From the NCBI GenBank assembly GCA_027002995.1, contig JALWZB010000155.1, forward strand, positions 26,365 to 90,364: a stretch of 64,000 nt of DNA. Reading direction: 5' to 3'. The notes below the pieces were generated by a model, which did no database searches, had not been told where the DNA came from, and saw only the letters and a program-made list of their open reading frames with translations. Positions 1 through 8,821 of this stretch are shown one piece after another (the first letter of the stretch is position 1; the number at the start of each line of letters is the position of its first letter). The stretch comes from Desulfurococcales archaeon. Its GTDB lineage: Archaea > Thermoproteota > Thermoprotei_A > Sulfolobales > NBVN01. A program made the position numbers and the translations under genes.

Positions 1-618
1 ATATTCAACGCCACGCAACAGGAACTAGCCAGGATAATGGGGATAAGTGCGTCAGTCATTAGCGATTACGAGAAAGGGAGGCGCTCCCCAGGGGTTAAGT
101 TCCTTCGTAGGTTCGTTGATGCTTTATTACTCATAGACTCTAAACGGGACTGGGCAACCGTGAAGCAGCTTGCTAGGTCCCTCAGCATAAATGTTGGTGC
201 GATACTGGATGCTAGAGAACTCAGCATACCCTTAACGCTAGCCGAACTCGTTGACGTTGTTGAGGGCATTATCGTTAACTCACACGCCAACCCACGTCTC
301 GAGCTTTACGGTTACACAATAATTGATAGTATCGGAGCTATAGAGACAATGAGTGGTAATGAGTTCTGGCAAATAATGGGCACGACCAGTCGAAGAGCAT
401 TAGTCTTCACCAAAGTGCACCTAGGGCGTTCACCAATGATAGCCGTGAGAGTTGCACCGGTGAAGCCGGCAGCCGTCGTCTTCCACGGTTCTAGGAAGGT
501 GGATCCGCTGGCGATCAGACTAGCTGATAGGGAGGGTATCCCGTTAATACTATCGCTTAAGGAGGACCCTAAGTCGCTAATTAGCGCACTACGAAACGCT
601 ACCTCACTGCATCTATGA
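1..618 (+). CDS. HTH (XRE/Cro-type) transcriptional regulator, 5' end outside window
   Basis: Frame 1 is open from base 1 (IFNATQQELARIMGISASVISDYEKGRRSPG is an XRE-type helix-turn-helix) and runs into ORF 37..618. The C-terminal ~130 aa form a globular domain I cannot assign. Confidence 0.6.
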   Translation: MFNATQQELARIMGISASVISDYEKGRRSPGVKFLRRFVDALLLIDSKRDWATVKQLARSLSINVGAILDARELSIPLTLAELVDVVEGIIVNSHANPRLELYGYTIIDSIGAIETMSGNEFWQIMGTTSRRALVFTKVHLGRSPMIAVRVAPVKPAAVVFHGSRKVDPLAIRLADREGIPLILSLKEDPKSLISALRNATSLHL

Positions 619-627
619 CCTTAACCT

Positions 628-993
628 TCACTCACCGGATGTTAGCAGTAAGATTGCCTGAGCTATGTCACCGTTCGCCTCCTCTAACGCTTTGATGGCT
701 TCATCCCTACTTACGCCGGTTTGCTCCATTACGAAGCGTATATCCTCCTCAGAGAACTTCACCTCCTTAATCTCAGGCGCCCTCTCAAGTACCTCCTCCT
801 TCCCTCCCATGATCTGATAGATCTTCTGTCCCTGCGCCTTCATCACGATTACTTGAGGCGCCCTTATGATTAGCTCTTTATCCTCCAGAGTTATAGTTAC
901 CGAGCGCACACCCTCAAGCTCCCTCACGTCAATACCTAACCGCTTCATCGCCCGCTTCAGATCCCTCGGATTCATCGAGAACATATCCATCAC
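628..993 (-). CDS. nac: Nascent polypeptide-associated complex protein (archaeal NAC)
   Basis: 121 aa. It has an NAC domain ([36 protein letters not shown]) and a C-terminal UBA-like tail ([25 protein letters not shown]). Confidence 0.9.
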   Translation of the reverse strand: MMDMFSMNPRDLKRAMKRLGIDVRELEGVRSVTITLEDKELIIRAPQVIVMKAQGQKIYQIMGGKEEVLERAPEIKEVKFSEEDIRFVMEQTGVSRDEAIKALEEANGDIAQAILLLTSGE

Positions 994-1039
994 GACCTCA
1001 GTTCAGCTTATTACCTGCCAGAATAAAGGGTTTTCTCAG

Positions 1040-2329
1040 GTGTTAGGAGGGTTGAGTAAGTTAGAAGTAAGGATCTTGGGAAGCGGTCGTGAGGTAGGTA
1101 GGGCGGCCGTAGCCATTGGCAGGGACGGCCGTTACGTGCTCTTAGATTACGGTGTAAACTTTAATGAGAAGGATGAGCCGCAGTTACCACTACACATAAG
1201 GCCCGCTGACGTGACAGCTATGGCGGTGACGCACGCACACCTAGACCACATAGGAGCAGCACCGATGATGTTCACAACCTCCAAGGTGCCGTTAGTGATG
1301 ACAACCGTAACAAAGGAGCTTGGAGAGGTCATGATAAAGGACTTCCTGAAGTTATCTGGCTACTACCTGCCCTTCGAGGAAATAGACCTTAACACGATGA
1401 TGGATAATGTAATACTTACTGATTATGGCAGGACACTATGGTTTGAGGACTTCAGTATTAGGTTAATCAATGCTGGCCATATACCTGGTAGCGCTATGAT
1501 CTTAGTTGATCTCGATGGGGTTAAGGTGTTGTACACGGGTGACGTTAACACCGTGGACACTAGGTTAGTTAAGGGTGCTGACCTTGAGGGAATCACTGCT
1601 GACGTGCTGATAATTGAGGGTACCTACGGTAACTCGATACACCCACCGAGGGAGGAGACCGAGAAGGAATTCATTGATGCTGTGAGAGAAGTCGTTGACC
1701 GGGGAGGTAACGTCCTTGTGCCAGCCTTCAGCTTGGGACGCTCCCAAGAGATACTGGCACTGCTTTACGAGAAAATGCCGGACGCCTCGGTGTACTACGA
1801 CGGCATGATTCGTGTAATAAGCAACATCATCGTGAGCCATCCGGAACACATCAACAGGTATGGACTTGTGGCCAAGGCGTTAAGTGAGTTTAGAGCTGTG
1901 AGAAACTCTGGGGATAGGCGGAGAATCGTGAAGGGTAAGGGAAACGTCGTGGTGTCGTCGGCAGGCATGCTTAAGGGTGGACCCGCACAATACTACATGA
2001 AGAAAATCGCTAATGACTCTAAGAACGCAGTATACCTAGTGTCGTACCAGGCGCCGGGAACACCCGGCCGCGAGCTCCTAGAGACGGGAGTCTTCGGTAA
2101 TAACGGGGGATTAATGAAGGCTAGGCTAATGTGGTTCGACTTCTCAAGCCATGCCGGGCAGGACGGGTTACTTAAGCTTGCTAAGCAAGTGAGCGGGCTT
2201 AAGAAGATAGTGCTAGTACATAGCGGTGAGGACGTGGGTCAGGAATTTAAGCAGGTGCTTGAGGACGTTGTTGGCGCTGAGAACGTGTACTTCCCGACCA
2301 ACGGTGAGGTACTGTCTTTTGATGTGTAA
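1040..2329 (+). CDS. beta-CASP metallo-beta-lactamase-fold RNase, aCPSF2-type
   Basis: Carries the MBL motif THAHLDHIG and a beta-CASP region, is ~429 aa and has no KH domains. The ORF-track start at 866 overlaps nac on the other strand. The in-frame GTG at 1040 gives VLGGLSKLEVRILGSGREVG, a typical N-terminus. Confidence 0.8.
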   Translation: MLGGLSKLEVRILGSGREVGRAAVAIGRDGRYVLLDYGVNFNEKDEPQLPLHIRPADVTAMAVTHAHLDHIGAAPMMFTTSKVPLVMTTVTKELGEVMIKDFLKLSGYYLPFEEIDLNTMMDNVILTDYGRTLWFEDFSIRLINAGHIPGSAMILVDLDGVKVLYTGDVNTVDTRLVKGADLEGITADVLIIEGTYGNSIHPPREETEKEFIDAVREVVDRGGNVLVPAFSLGRSQEILALLYEKMPDASVYYDGMIRVISNIIVSHPEHINRYGLVAKALSEFRAVRNSGDRRRIVKGKGNVVVSSAGMLKGGPAQYYMKKIANDSKNAVYLVSYQAPGTPGRELLETGVFGNNGGLMKARLMWFDFSSHAGQDGLLKLAKQVSGLKKIVLVHSGEDVGQEFKQVLEDVVGAENVYFPTNGEVLSFDV

Positions 2330-2368
2330 TGCTGGTTAACCCACCATGGTTTCCGGAAATAAGTCGTG

Positions 2369-2671
2369 TTAAGTGCATTGAACTTCCTTTAACCTCTCCA
2401 TTACGTAGTCAGTATCCGCATTCCTGACTAGAATCACTTTTTCATGGCTAGTGAAGCCAGAAACAATCGATACAGATTTCTTGAGGAGCTTTTTCAGAAA
2501 CTTCACGAGTTCGTCGTTAGCCTTACCCTTAACGGGCGGGCTTTTCAACCTAATCACTATTCCTTCATAGCCGAGTTCTACGCATTGGCTCCTCGAGTTA
2601 GGCACCACTGATAACCTAATCAAGATGCCCTCTGAGTCCTTGACCACGAATTCCTCACTCCTCCCAGGCAT
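2369..2671 (-). CDS. DUF167/YggU-family small protein
   Basis: 100 aa. The pattern LIRLSVVPNSRS..IVIRLKSPPVKGKANDELVKFLKKLL matches the UPF0235/YggU family signature (KA.P..GKAN..L..FLA). Confidence 0.7.
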   Translation of the reverse strand: MPGRSEEFVVKDSEGILIRLSVVPNSRSQCVELGYEGIVIRLKSPPVKGKANDELVKFLKKLLKKSVSIVSGFTSHEKVILVRNADTDYVMERLKEVQCT

Positions 2672-2734
2672 GATTAGTACGCCACGAGCAGTATTAGTAA
2701 CTTAGGCACTATTAATTTAAGTGGGGGTCGAGAA

Positions 2735-3685
2735 GTGTCTTCCGCTGTGACACTGAGTGAGTACATCATGAGTGAATTATCGTTAATTCAAAAGGTGGTT
2801 AGAAATCAGCTCAAGTTCCTCAAAGAGCTAGAGAGGCCTTCGTTAAGGAGAGGGTTAGTTACGGGTGCAGGTGACTCCCACGCAGCATCGATTTTCGCGC
2901 AACTCGTCAGTAGGCATAGTTTTCTGGCAGTTGACCCCTACGAACTTAGGCTTAAAACCCCCTCCGTTAGTGAGGGCGACCTAGTAGCAATATCAGTTAA
3001 GGGCAGAACGCGAGAGGTCGTTAAGGTTGCGGAGACGTTACGTGGTAGGGGATGGAGGGTAATCTCCGTAACAGCTGATGAGGGATCACCCTTAGCTAGG
3101 GTCTCAGACGTTGTGGTAAAGCTAGTGTATGGCGGTGGTGCCCTACCCGTCGGAATAGGTAATTTCGCGGCAGTCCTAGCCGCATTATCGTGGTTATTTG
3201 AGGGTTACACGCAACCTCCAGAGATATGTGAAGTAAAACGTGAGGATCACACACTACTTGAGTACAGGGACGTTGTTACTGTTGGAGAGGACATTGGGGT
3301 TGTGTCTGCTTACTTCACATGTTTAAAGCTTCATGAAGTGCTCTGCATGCCATGCAGGTATTATAGCATCGAGCAGTTCCTCCACGCCATACTTTACTCC
3401 TTAAGCCCATCCTCCCTCGTAATAATCTTCCCAGGGAAGGAGAGGAGAAAGAGCATACAGCTAAGTAAGATCTTAGAGACCGCAAACATACCCCGTATCT
3501 ACGTGAATTCGCCTACCACTGGCACTCACTTGAGCCTAGTCTTAAGCGAGATTATATGGGGACTAAGTACTATTATGAACGCTGCTAGGAGAAAGGGGCT
3601 TAAAGAGCCTTGCTTCATGAGTAGAAAGGATTTACTAACGCTATCCACACCTATGATCTACGGATGTGAAAGTACCCTTGAGTAG
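2735..3685 (+). CDS. SIS (phosphosugar isomerase/binding) domain protein
   Basis: 316 aa with a GTG start. GLVTGAGDSHAASIFAQL and VAISVKGRTREVV are typical SIS-domain segments, and the layout resembles two tandem SIS-like halves as in GlmS-type isomerase domains. Confidence 0.6.
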   Translation: MSSAVTLSEYIMSELSLIQKVVRNQLKFLKELERPSLRRGLVTGAGDSHAASIFAQLVSRHSFLAVDPYELRLKTPSVSEGDLVAISVKGRTREVVKVAETLRGRGWRVISVTADEGSPLARVSDVVVKLVYGGGALPVGIGNFAAVLAALSWLFEGYTQPPEICEVKREDHTLLEYRDVVTVGEDIGVVSAYFTCLKLHEVLCMPCRYYSIEQFLHAILYSLSPSSLVIIFPGKERRKSIQLSKILETANIPRIYVNSPTTGTHLSLVLSEIIWGLSTIMNAARRKGLKEPCFMSRKDLLTLSTPMIYGCESTLE

Positions 3686-3971
3686 CTCTAACGTCCTTGC
3701 GGAGGTCTTGAACTTACTGTGTTCTAAGGGAGCCATAACTATTGGAGAGATTGTTAGGAGGATAGGCGTTCCGCGGAGTACCGCGGTGCAGGTCATTCAC
3801 GTGTTACTAGCGGAGGGAATAATAGTTAAGGCGGGCACGTGTGATGCATGTAGTGGTTGCCCGCTCAGAGATTTCTGCGGCCCACCACGTTCACACCCCA
3901 CTGAAGTATACGTCCTGACGGTTAGGGGGTTAAGGGTCTGCTCACAACATAAGAGTAAACACCAAGCTTAG
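3666..3971 (+). CDS. Small winged-helix DNA-binding protein with C-terminal Cys cluster
   Basis: 101 aa with a GTG start overlapping the SIS gene by 20 nt. The wHTH-like segment is ITIGEIVRRIGVPRSTAVQVIHVLLAEGIIV, followed by CDACSGCPLRDFC (C-x2-C-x2-C-x5-C). Confidence 0.55.
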   Translation: MKVPLSSSNVLAEVLNLLCSKGAITIGEIVRRIGVPRSTAVQVIHVLLAEGIIVKAGTCDACSGCPLRDFCGPPRSHPTEVYVLTVRGLRVCSQHKSKHQA

Positions 3972-3985
3972 GGAGTAACTCAATG

Positions 3986-4086
3986 TGGTGGGGCCGCGGG
4001 GATTTGAACCCCGGACCACGGGGACTTCCGCCGTCCGTGTGGGGTGGACCCGAACCCCGCATTCTCCCAAGCTAAACTACGGCCCC
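3986..4086 (-). tRNA. tRNA-Pro (anticodon CGG) with 24-nt intron after position 37; CCA encoded
   Basis: The reverse complement folds as acceptor GGGGCCG/CGGCCCC, D arm GTTT..GAAT, anticodon stem CGGGG/CCCCG, anticodon CGG (4052..4050) with G37, and T arm CGGGG-TTCAAAT-CCCCG. The discriminator is A and CCA sits at 3988..3986. The extra 24 nt (about 4048..4025) lie at the canonical 37/38 intron site. Confidence 0.9.
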
Positions 4087-4118
4087 ACCACCTCCGCAGT
4101 AACCTCATTACTCTGGGG

Positions 4119-4131
4119 TTTATTTTTATTT
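4119..4131 (-). promoter_or_regulatory. TATA-like box upstream of tRNA-Pro
   Basis: The minus strand reads AAATAAAAATAAA, 33-45 nt upstream of the tRNA 5' end at 4086. Confidence 0.35.
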
Positions 4132-4203
4132 CTGGTTCATCGCCGCGTAAGTGGCGTAACACACTCCTTTTTAGCGGTGTGAAGACTAGTTACTCCAGAA
4201 GAG

Positions 4204-5367
4204 GTGGATGCTGTGGATGCTACAGCGAAGCTTAGGAGGTTCCTGGACAGACTTCAATCACCGTTTGTGGGCAGGGAGGAGGAAGCTAAGGTAATAGTGC
4301 TAACTCTCCTTTCCCGTGAGCATGCCGTCCTAATAGGTGAGCCAGGGACCGCTAAGTCCGCCTTAGTTAGGCGAGCTGCTGAGCTTCTCAACGCTAAGTT
4401 CTTTAAGTACCTCTTGACGAGGTTTACCGAACCTGCAGAGCTATTCGGTCCTTTAGATATAAAGTTACTGGAGGAGGGAAGGTACGTTAGGCTTACTCAG
4501 GGTAAGCTTCCGGAAGCTGACATAGCGTTCCTAGATGAAATCTTTAAGGCTAATTCCGCCATTCTCAATGCGCTTAACTCTCTCCTACAGGAGAGAGTGC
4601 TATACGACGGCTTCACGGAGATGGACGTGCCGCTCTGGTCGCTCTTTGGCGCCAGCAATGAAGTACCTGACGATCCTGAGGTCGAGGCACTTTACGATAG
4701 GTTCACGGTGAGGCACTTCGTAAGGCCTGTACCCGAGGATCTCTGGAGTGACTTGCTACTTAAGTCATGGGAATTTGAGAGAGCCATGTACTTTAGAGGA
4801 GGTCTTGATGGATCAAGCGTGATGAGCATCACTGACTTGAGGACACTTCATGAGAAAGTGCTTAACGTGGATCTGGAGCCTATTAAGGGGAAGCTCGTCA
4901 AGCTATTTGCGGTTTTCGAGAGTCGAGGCGTGAAGGTCACCGACAGGAGGAAGGGTAAGTCCTTAAAGCTAATTGCCGCGAACGCAGTCCTCGAAGGCAG
5001 AGATTACGCTGATGAGCGTGACCTTATAGTGCTTAAGTACGTGATACCAAGGGATTGGGACGAGCTTGATAAGGTAAACATGATTCTCTCAGAAGAGCTG
5101 AAAACACCTTATAAGTACCTCAAGGAGTTGGAGGAAATCAGAAATAACGTGAGGGAAGTCATGAACTACGTAATATCACTTCAAGGCGTGAATAGTAAGT
5201 ACCTAACCTCGCGCTTCAAACTAATCCTCAAGGACCTAGAGGTAACTAAGGAGAAGGTACGCAGCATGATGAATGAATGTAGCGACGCAAGAGTACGTAA
5301 GGTTGCTGAGGACGTGATCACCCTGATAAGTGATGTGGAGAGAGCAATTAGTAGGAGGATAAAGTAA
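4204..5367 (+). CDS. MoxR-like AAA+ ATPase
   Basis: 387 aa. Walker A is GEPGTAKS and Walker B is IAFLDEIFKA, with the AAA_5/MoxR-type segment NALNSLLQERV. A VWA protein follows immediately. Confidence 0.85.
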   Translation: MDAVDATAKLRRFLDRLQSPFVGREEEAKVIVLTLLSREHAVLIGEPGTAKSALVRRAAELLNAKFFKYLLTRFTEPAELFGPLDIKLLEEGRYVRLTQGKLPEADIAFLDEIFKANSAILNALNSLLQERVLYDGFTEMDVPLWSLFGASNEVPDDPEVEALYDRFTVRHFVRPVPEDLWSDLLLKSWEFERAMYFRGGLDGSSVMSITDLRTLHEKVLNVDLEPIKGKLVKLFAVFESRGVKVTDRRKGKSLKLIAANAVLEGRDYADERDLIVLKYVIPRDWDELDKVNMILSEELKTPYKYLKELEEIRNNVREVMNYVISLQGVNSKYLTSRFKLILKDLEVTKEKVRSMMNECSDARVRKVAEDVITLISDVERAISRRIK

Positions 5368-5370
5368 GTT

Positions 5371-6648
5371 ATGCCGACCCTCATCCGCGGGATTAAGCAC
5401 GACGACCCCGTCGCTATCTATAGAGGTGAGAAGGTCCTCTCAGTCTCCAAGAGGCTAGGCAGGGTATGTACCGCCCTAGGTAACTTGGACTTCGCTATAG
5501 ACATGTTCTACGCCCTCTACCTGCCGTACCCCATACTTCTCCCCGCCCAAGATATTGCGGGAGAGAGCGAACTCTCGTACCGCATACTAAAATCGATTAT
5601 GGAGTCAGAGGACTTCCAACACCTGCGGCTTTCAACTATAGCGAACTCCACAATAAGCACATTGGTTTCAGCTTCATTCATAGATACCTTAAGCAGGGAA
5701 CTCTCCAAGGAGGGGCTACTGCTTGATAAGGAGCAAGCCGAGGCCAGCGTATCTGAGCCCTCACTAAATGCTGTGGTGAGGAGGGCATTGAGGCAAGTTG
5801 CTAAGGAAGCACATAGTATTAAGAAACTACAGCAATTAGTGGCTTTTGGAACGCAGGCAGGGACGGGGTCGGTATTTGACCTTGAGGAACGTGGGGATGA
5901 CGTAATCAGGCTTGCTAGGAACGCTGACGTGCAGAAGCTTCTTGAGGTGCTCTCCCTACTCCCTAAGATAGCTAGGAAAGTTAGGCGTAAGGTCATGCCG
6001 TTCAGCAGGGGTGAGCTCAGGGGCTATGACATAGGTAGCGACTTAGAGAGAATAGTCCCAACAGAACTGGCCTTACCGAAGCTCCTTTTCAGGATTAAAT
6101 ATATCGAGTCTAAACTTCTACTTTACGAGAAATTAATACCGAAGGACATAGGGCCCCTCTACGTCCTCGTGGATAAGTCCGGCAGCATGGAGGGCAAGAA
6201 AATCAGGTGGGCAAAAGCCACCGCCTTAGCCTTACTGATTAAGGCTAGGCGTGAGGGCAGGGACTTCTTTCTGAGGTTCTTTGATGGAATGCCACATGCA
6301 CTTACGTGCGTCCCTAAGCGCATGAGATCTGACGAAGTAATTGACCTCTTAAAGTATCTCTCTAGAGTCAAAAGTGGTGGCGGGACGGACATCACTAAAG
6401 CCGTCGCAACCGCGTGTGATGACCTTAGGGGTCCTAAGGTTAGGGAGGTTGCGGACGTGATACTCATAACTGATGGGGAGGACAACATATCCGACCTCCT
6501 TATTACGAGAAAGCTTAGGTCTGCTAACGCTAGATTAGTTACGGTAATGGTTATGGGTGAGAACAGGAGCTTAAAGAACGTCAGTGACTCTTACTTGCGG
6601 GTGACCAAGCTAGACGAGGGCGATATCCTAAGAGTTGTTGAGGCGTGA
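5371..6648 (+). CDS. von Willebrand factor A (VWA) domain protein, MoxR partner
   Basis: 425 aa. The C-terminal VWA domain carries the MIDAS motif VLVDKSGSMEG (DxSxS) and ILITDGED. The gene starts 3 nt after the MoxR stop. Confidence 0.8.
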   Translation: MPTLIRGIKHDDPVAIYRGEKVLSVSKRLGRVCTALGNLDFAIDMFYALYLPYPILLPAQDIAGESELSYRILKSIMESEDFQHLRLSTIANSTISTLVSASFIDTLSRELSKEGLLLDKEQAEASVSEPSLNAVVRRALRQVAKEAHSIKKLQQLVAFGTQAGTGSVFDLEERGDDVIRLARNADVQKLLEVLSLLPKIARKVRRKVMPFSRGELRGYDIGSDLERIVPTELALPKLLFRIKYIESKLLLYEKLIPKDIGPLYVLVDKSGSMEGKKIRWAKATALALLIKARREGRDFFLRFFDGMPHALTCVPKRMRSDEVIDLLKYLSRVKSGGGTDITKAVATACDDLRGPKVREVADVILITDGEDNISDLLITRKLRSANARLVTVMVMGENRSLKNVSDSYLRVTKLDEGDILRVVEA

Positions 6649-7417
6649 CGTAGAACGGTATTCTACCGCTCAGGTAATCACGTATGACAGCCTTAGCGGA
6701 TTCCTGGATTATGGGTTCCTTGTCCTTCCGGTACACCCATCCCCGCATTAAGGCTAACTCACGCAGTATCGTATCGGGGTTAGTGCTTGATATACCGTAA
6801 GCTTCCTTGAAGGCGTTTGGACTGTACTTAAGTATCTTTCTTATCAGCTCCACGGCCATGGCTACAGGGTTTTCTAGGGAATCAACAGGTTTCTCGCGAA
6901 TCTTACTTTCGATACCTCCACCCTCCGGTGGCACCAGCCCGGGTGTGTCTATTAGGTAGACACCCTCACCTATCCTGAAGGTTTGTGCGCGCTTCGTGTA
7001 TCCAGGGGACCCTGGGTACGGAGACGTAGAGGCTGAGTGCCTCCCCTTCAGCGTGTTAATCAGTGTTGACTTACCTACCTTCGGGATGCCGAATATGCCG
7101 GCGGTGAGGGGCGATTTATTCTTAACAACGCGTTTAAGTACACGCCTAAGTACTAGGGTACCCATCCTTTTCTGCGCGGATATGAACACTGCCGGGTAAC
7201 CCTCATCCTCGAAGTACCTTTTCCACTCCTTACTTACGGATAGAGGCACTAGGTCAGCTTTGTTGAGCACTATTATTAAGGGTACACCGGATCTCTCCGC
7301 AAGCTCCTCTAACCTTCTGCTCCTCGTGGATATAGGGTCCCTAATGTCAACTAACTCTAACGCAGCATCAACCGTTAGTAGTAGCTCCCTTATCAGCCTC
7401 CAGTTAGCTAGCTGCAT
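6581..7417 (-). CDS. Circularly permuted GTPase (YlqF/YawG family, ribosome biogenesis type)
   Basis: 278 aa. The G motifs are in permuted order: G4 (NKADLV) precedes G1 (GIPKVGKST) and G3 (DTPG). Confidence 0.8.
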   Translation of the reverse strand: MQLANWRLIRELLLTVDAALELVDIRDPISTRSRRLEELAERSGVPLIIVLNKADLVPLSVSKEWKRYFEDEGYPAVFISAQKRMGTLVLRRVLKRVVKNKSPLTAGIFGIPKVGKSTLINTLKGRHSASTSPYPGSPGYTKRAQTFRIGEGVYLIDTPGLVPPEGGGIESKIREKPVDSLENPVAMAVELIRKILKYSPNAFKEAYGISSTNPDTILRELALMRGWVYRKDKEPIIQESAKAVIRDYLSGRIPFYVTPQQLLGYRPRLAWSPASKSH

Positions 7418-7450
7418 TACAGTACCCCGTCCATCTTCACTACAACCTTA

Positions 7451-8821
7451 TTAGGGCTTCCTAAGACCACGCTGAAACCTTTCAAACAACTTGACATCAT
7501 CAACATATTTCTCAATCCCCTTAGCAGAGTTCAGCAAAACGTAAATCTCCCAGGAACGCAGGGATGGGCAGACATAGCACCCGGTCCTGTAGAATCCTTC
7601 CCAGTAAAGTGGGTTTTCAGGTAGGCCTATCAACTGATTGAAGACCTGGACAGATATTGTGGACCAATGCTTAATCGGGTATAGGTACGTGAACCGACCC
7701 TCGCGCCTAGCGTAGGGAGCGTGCGACCTCCCTCTGGATTCAACTTCCCTATCACCTACAACCACGGTGACGGTACCGTGTAGTCCCTCAAGGAACTCCT
7801 TAAGGGCTTTCTGCTTTAACTTCGTGCACCATCGATTATCGTGAGTTGGGAAAGGTTCCCGACCTTCACGCAGGAAAGTGCCTACAGGGGCTTCCACAGT
7901 AACTAAACGTACACTTAGTTCCTTAGCAAGTTTCTCCGCAACTTCCCTATTGCTTATGAAGTCCACTCCTGTATCAACATATACTGCCGTGACGTTCTTA
8001 TTGCCGAATGCACTAACAGCCAGGGCTAACGATGCTGCACTGTCCTTTCCTCCCGATACAGGCACCACTACGTTATCTGGGTCTCCGCTCAGGCTCCGTA
8101 AGTACCTTACTGATATCTCCTTCATGACCTCCATAACTTCCTTATTGCCCTCAGCAACCTTCGTAAGGTCAACTCCCTCGAGACGATCTACTTCAGCCTT
8201 ACGTTCTTCCAATACAGTTACAGGTCGGTCAAGGTCATCACTGAACCTTATTCTGAAAGCAGGCTCCTCCTTAACAAATACTATGTGTTCTCCCGCCCAC
8301 CTCCTGACTAGCAGTAATGAACCACGTACCTCCTTACCTAGTACCTTAGACAGCTTCCTTACGCCATCCCCGTAGATTAGGAAAGGATCACTAACCTCAT
8401 CCTTAGGATATGGTAGGTCACGGCATCCTTCACATTTCCCTATCCTGTAGACCCGGTGTCTTGGATCCCAGGTCACCCTACTCCGGATTATTGATTTCCC
8501 CGTATTGACGGCGCTGATTATTTCATGTTGCCGTGCGTTCCTTACCTTTCTCTTGTTCATTGCCACGACCGTTGCTAGCGGGGACATGTATGGGCACGTG
8601 ATGCCCCCCGCAATGTCCTCCCTGCCTAGCAGAGCGACTATGTATGCGTTTCTCTTGCTTAGTTCCTCACATAGTGCTTCAAGTAACCTGCTTCCGCGAA
8701 GGCCTCCTAAACTGATTATTTCGTAGCCTTCCGCCCCGTAAAACTTAGCTAGTGCGTGTTTGACTGCTGACGCATCACTTCGGGAGCGCACGATTATCTT
8801 GAGCATTAATGCATCACACAC
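7451..8821 (-). CDS. PP-loop ATP pyrophosphatase, PAPS reductase family, with ~240-aa N-terminal extension
   Basis: 456 aa. The PP-loop VVPVSGGKDSAAS and a C-terminal GCYVCP motif match the PAPS reductase/CysH-like fold. The N-terminal part is unassigned. Confidence 0.7.
   Translation of the reverse strand: MCDALMLKIIVRSRSDASAVKHALAKFYGAEGYEIISLGGLRGSRLLEALCEELSKRNAYIVALLGREDIAGGITCPYMSPLATVVAMNKRKVRNARQHEIISAVNTGKSIIRSRVTWDPRHRVYRIGKCEGCRDLPYPKDEVSDPFLIYGDGVRKLSKVLGKEVRGSLLLVRRWAGEHIVFVKEEPAFRIRFSDDLDRPVTVLEERKAEVDRLEGVDLTKVAEGNKEVMEVMKEISVRYLRSLSGDPDNVVVPVSGGKDSAASLALAVSAFGNKNVTAVYVDTGVDFISNREVAEKLAKELSVRLVTVEAPVGTFLREGREPFPTHDNRWCTKLKQKALKEFLEGLHGTVTVVVGDREVESRGRSHAPYARREGRFTYLYPIKHWSTISVQVFNQLIGLPENPLYWEGFYRTGCYVCPSLRSWEIYVLLNSAKGIEKYVDDVKLFERFQRGLRKP

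Noticed and set aside
3980-4235. Three short ORFs (3980..4162 minus, 3985..4182 plus and 4044..4235 plus) around 4 kb.
   Set aside because: They overlap the tRNA-Pro gene and its promoter and have no protein-like features.
8193-8241. A C/D-box-like arrangement on the minus strand inside the PAPS-reductase-family CDS. It reads GUGAUGA, 12 nt, UGUA, ACUG, UAUUGGA, 11 nt, CUGA.
   Set aside because: Only the outer C and D boxes match, and both internal boxes are non-consensus. It lies mid-gene. Roughly one such chance hit is expected in 128 kb of two-strand sequence.
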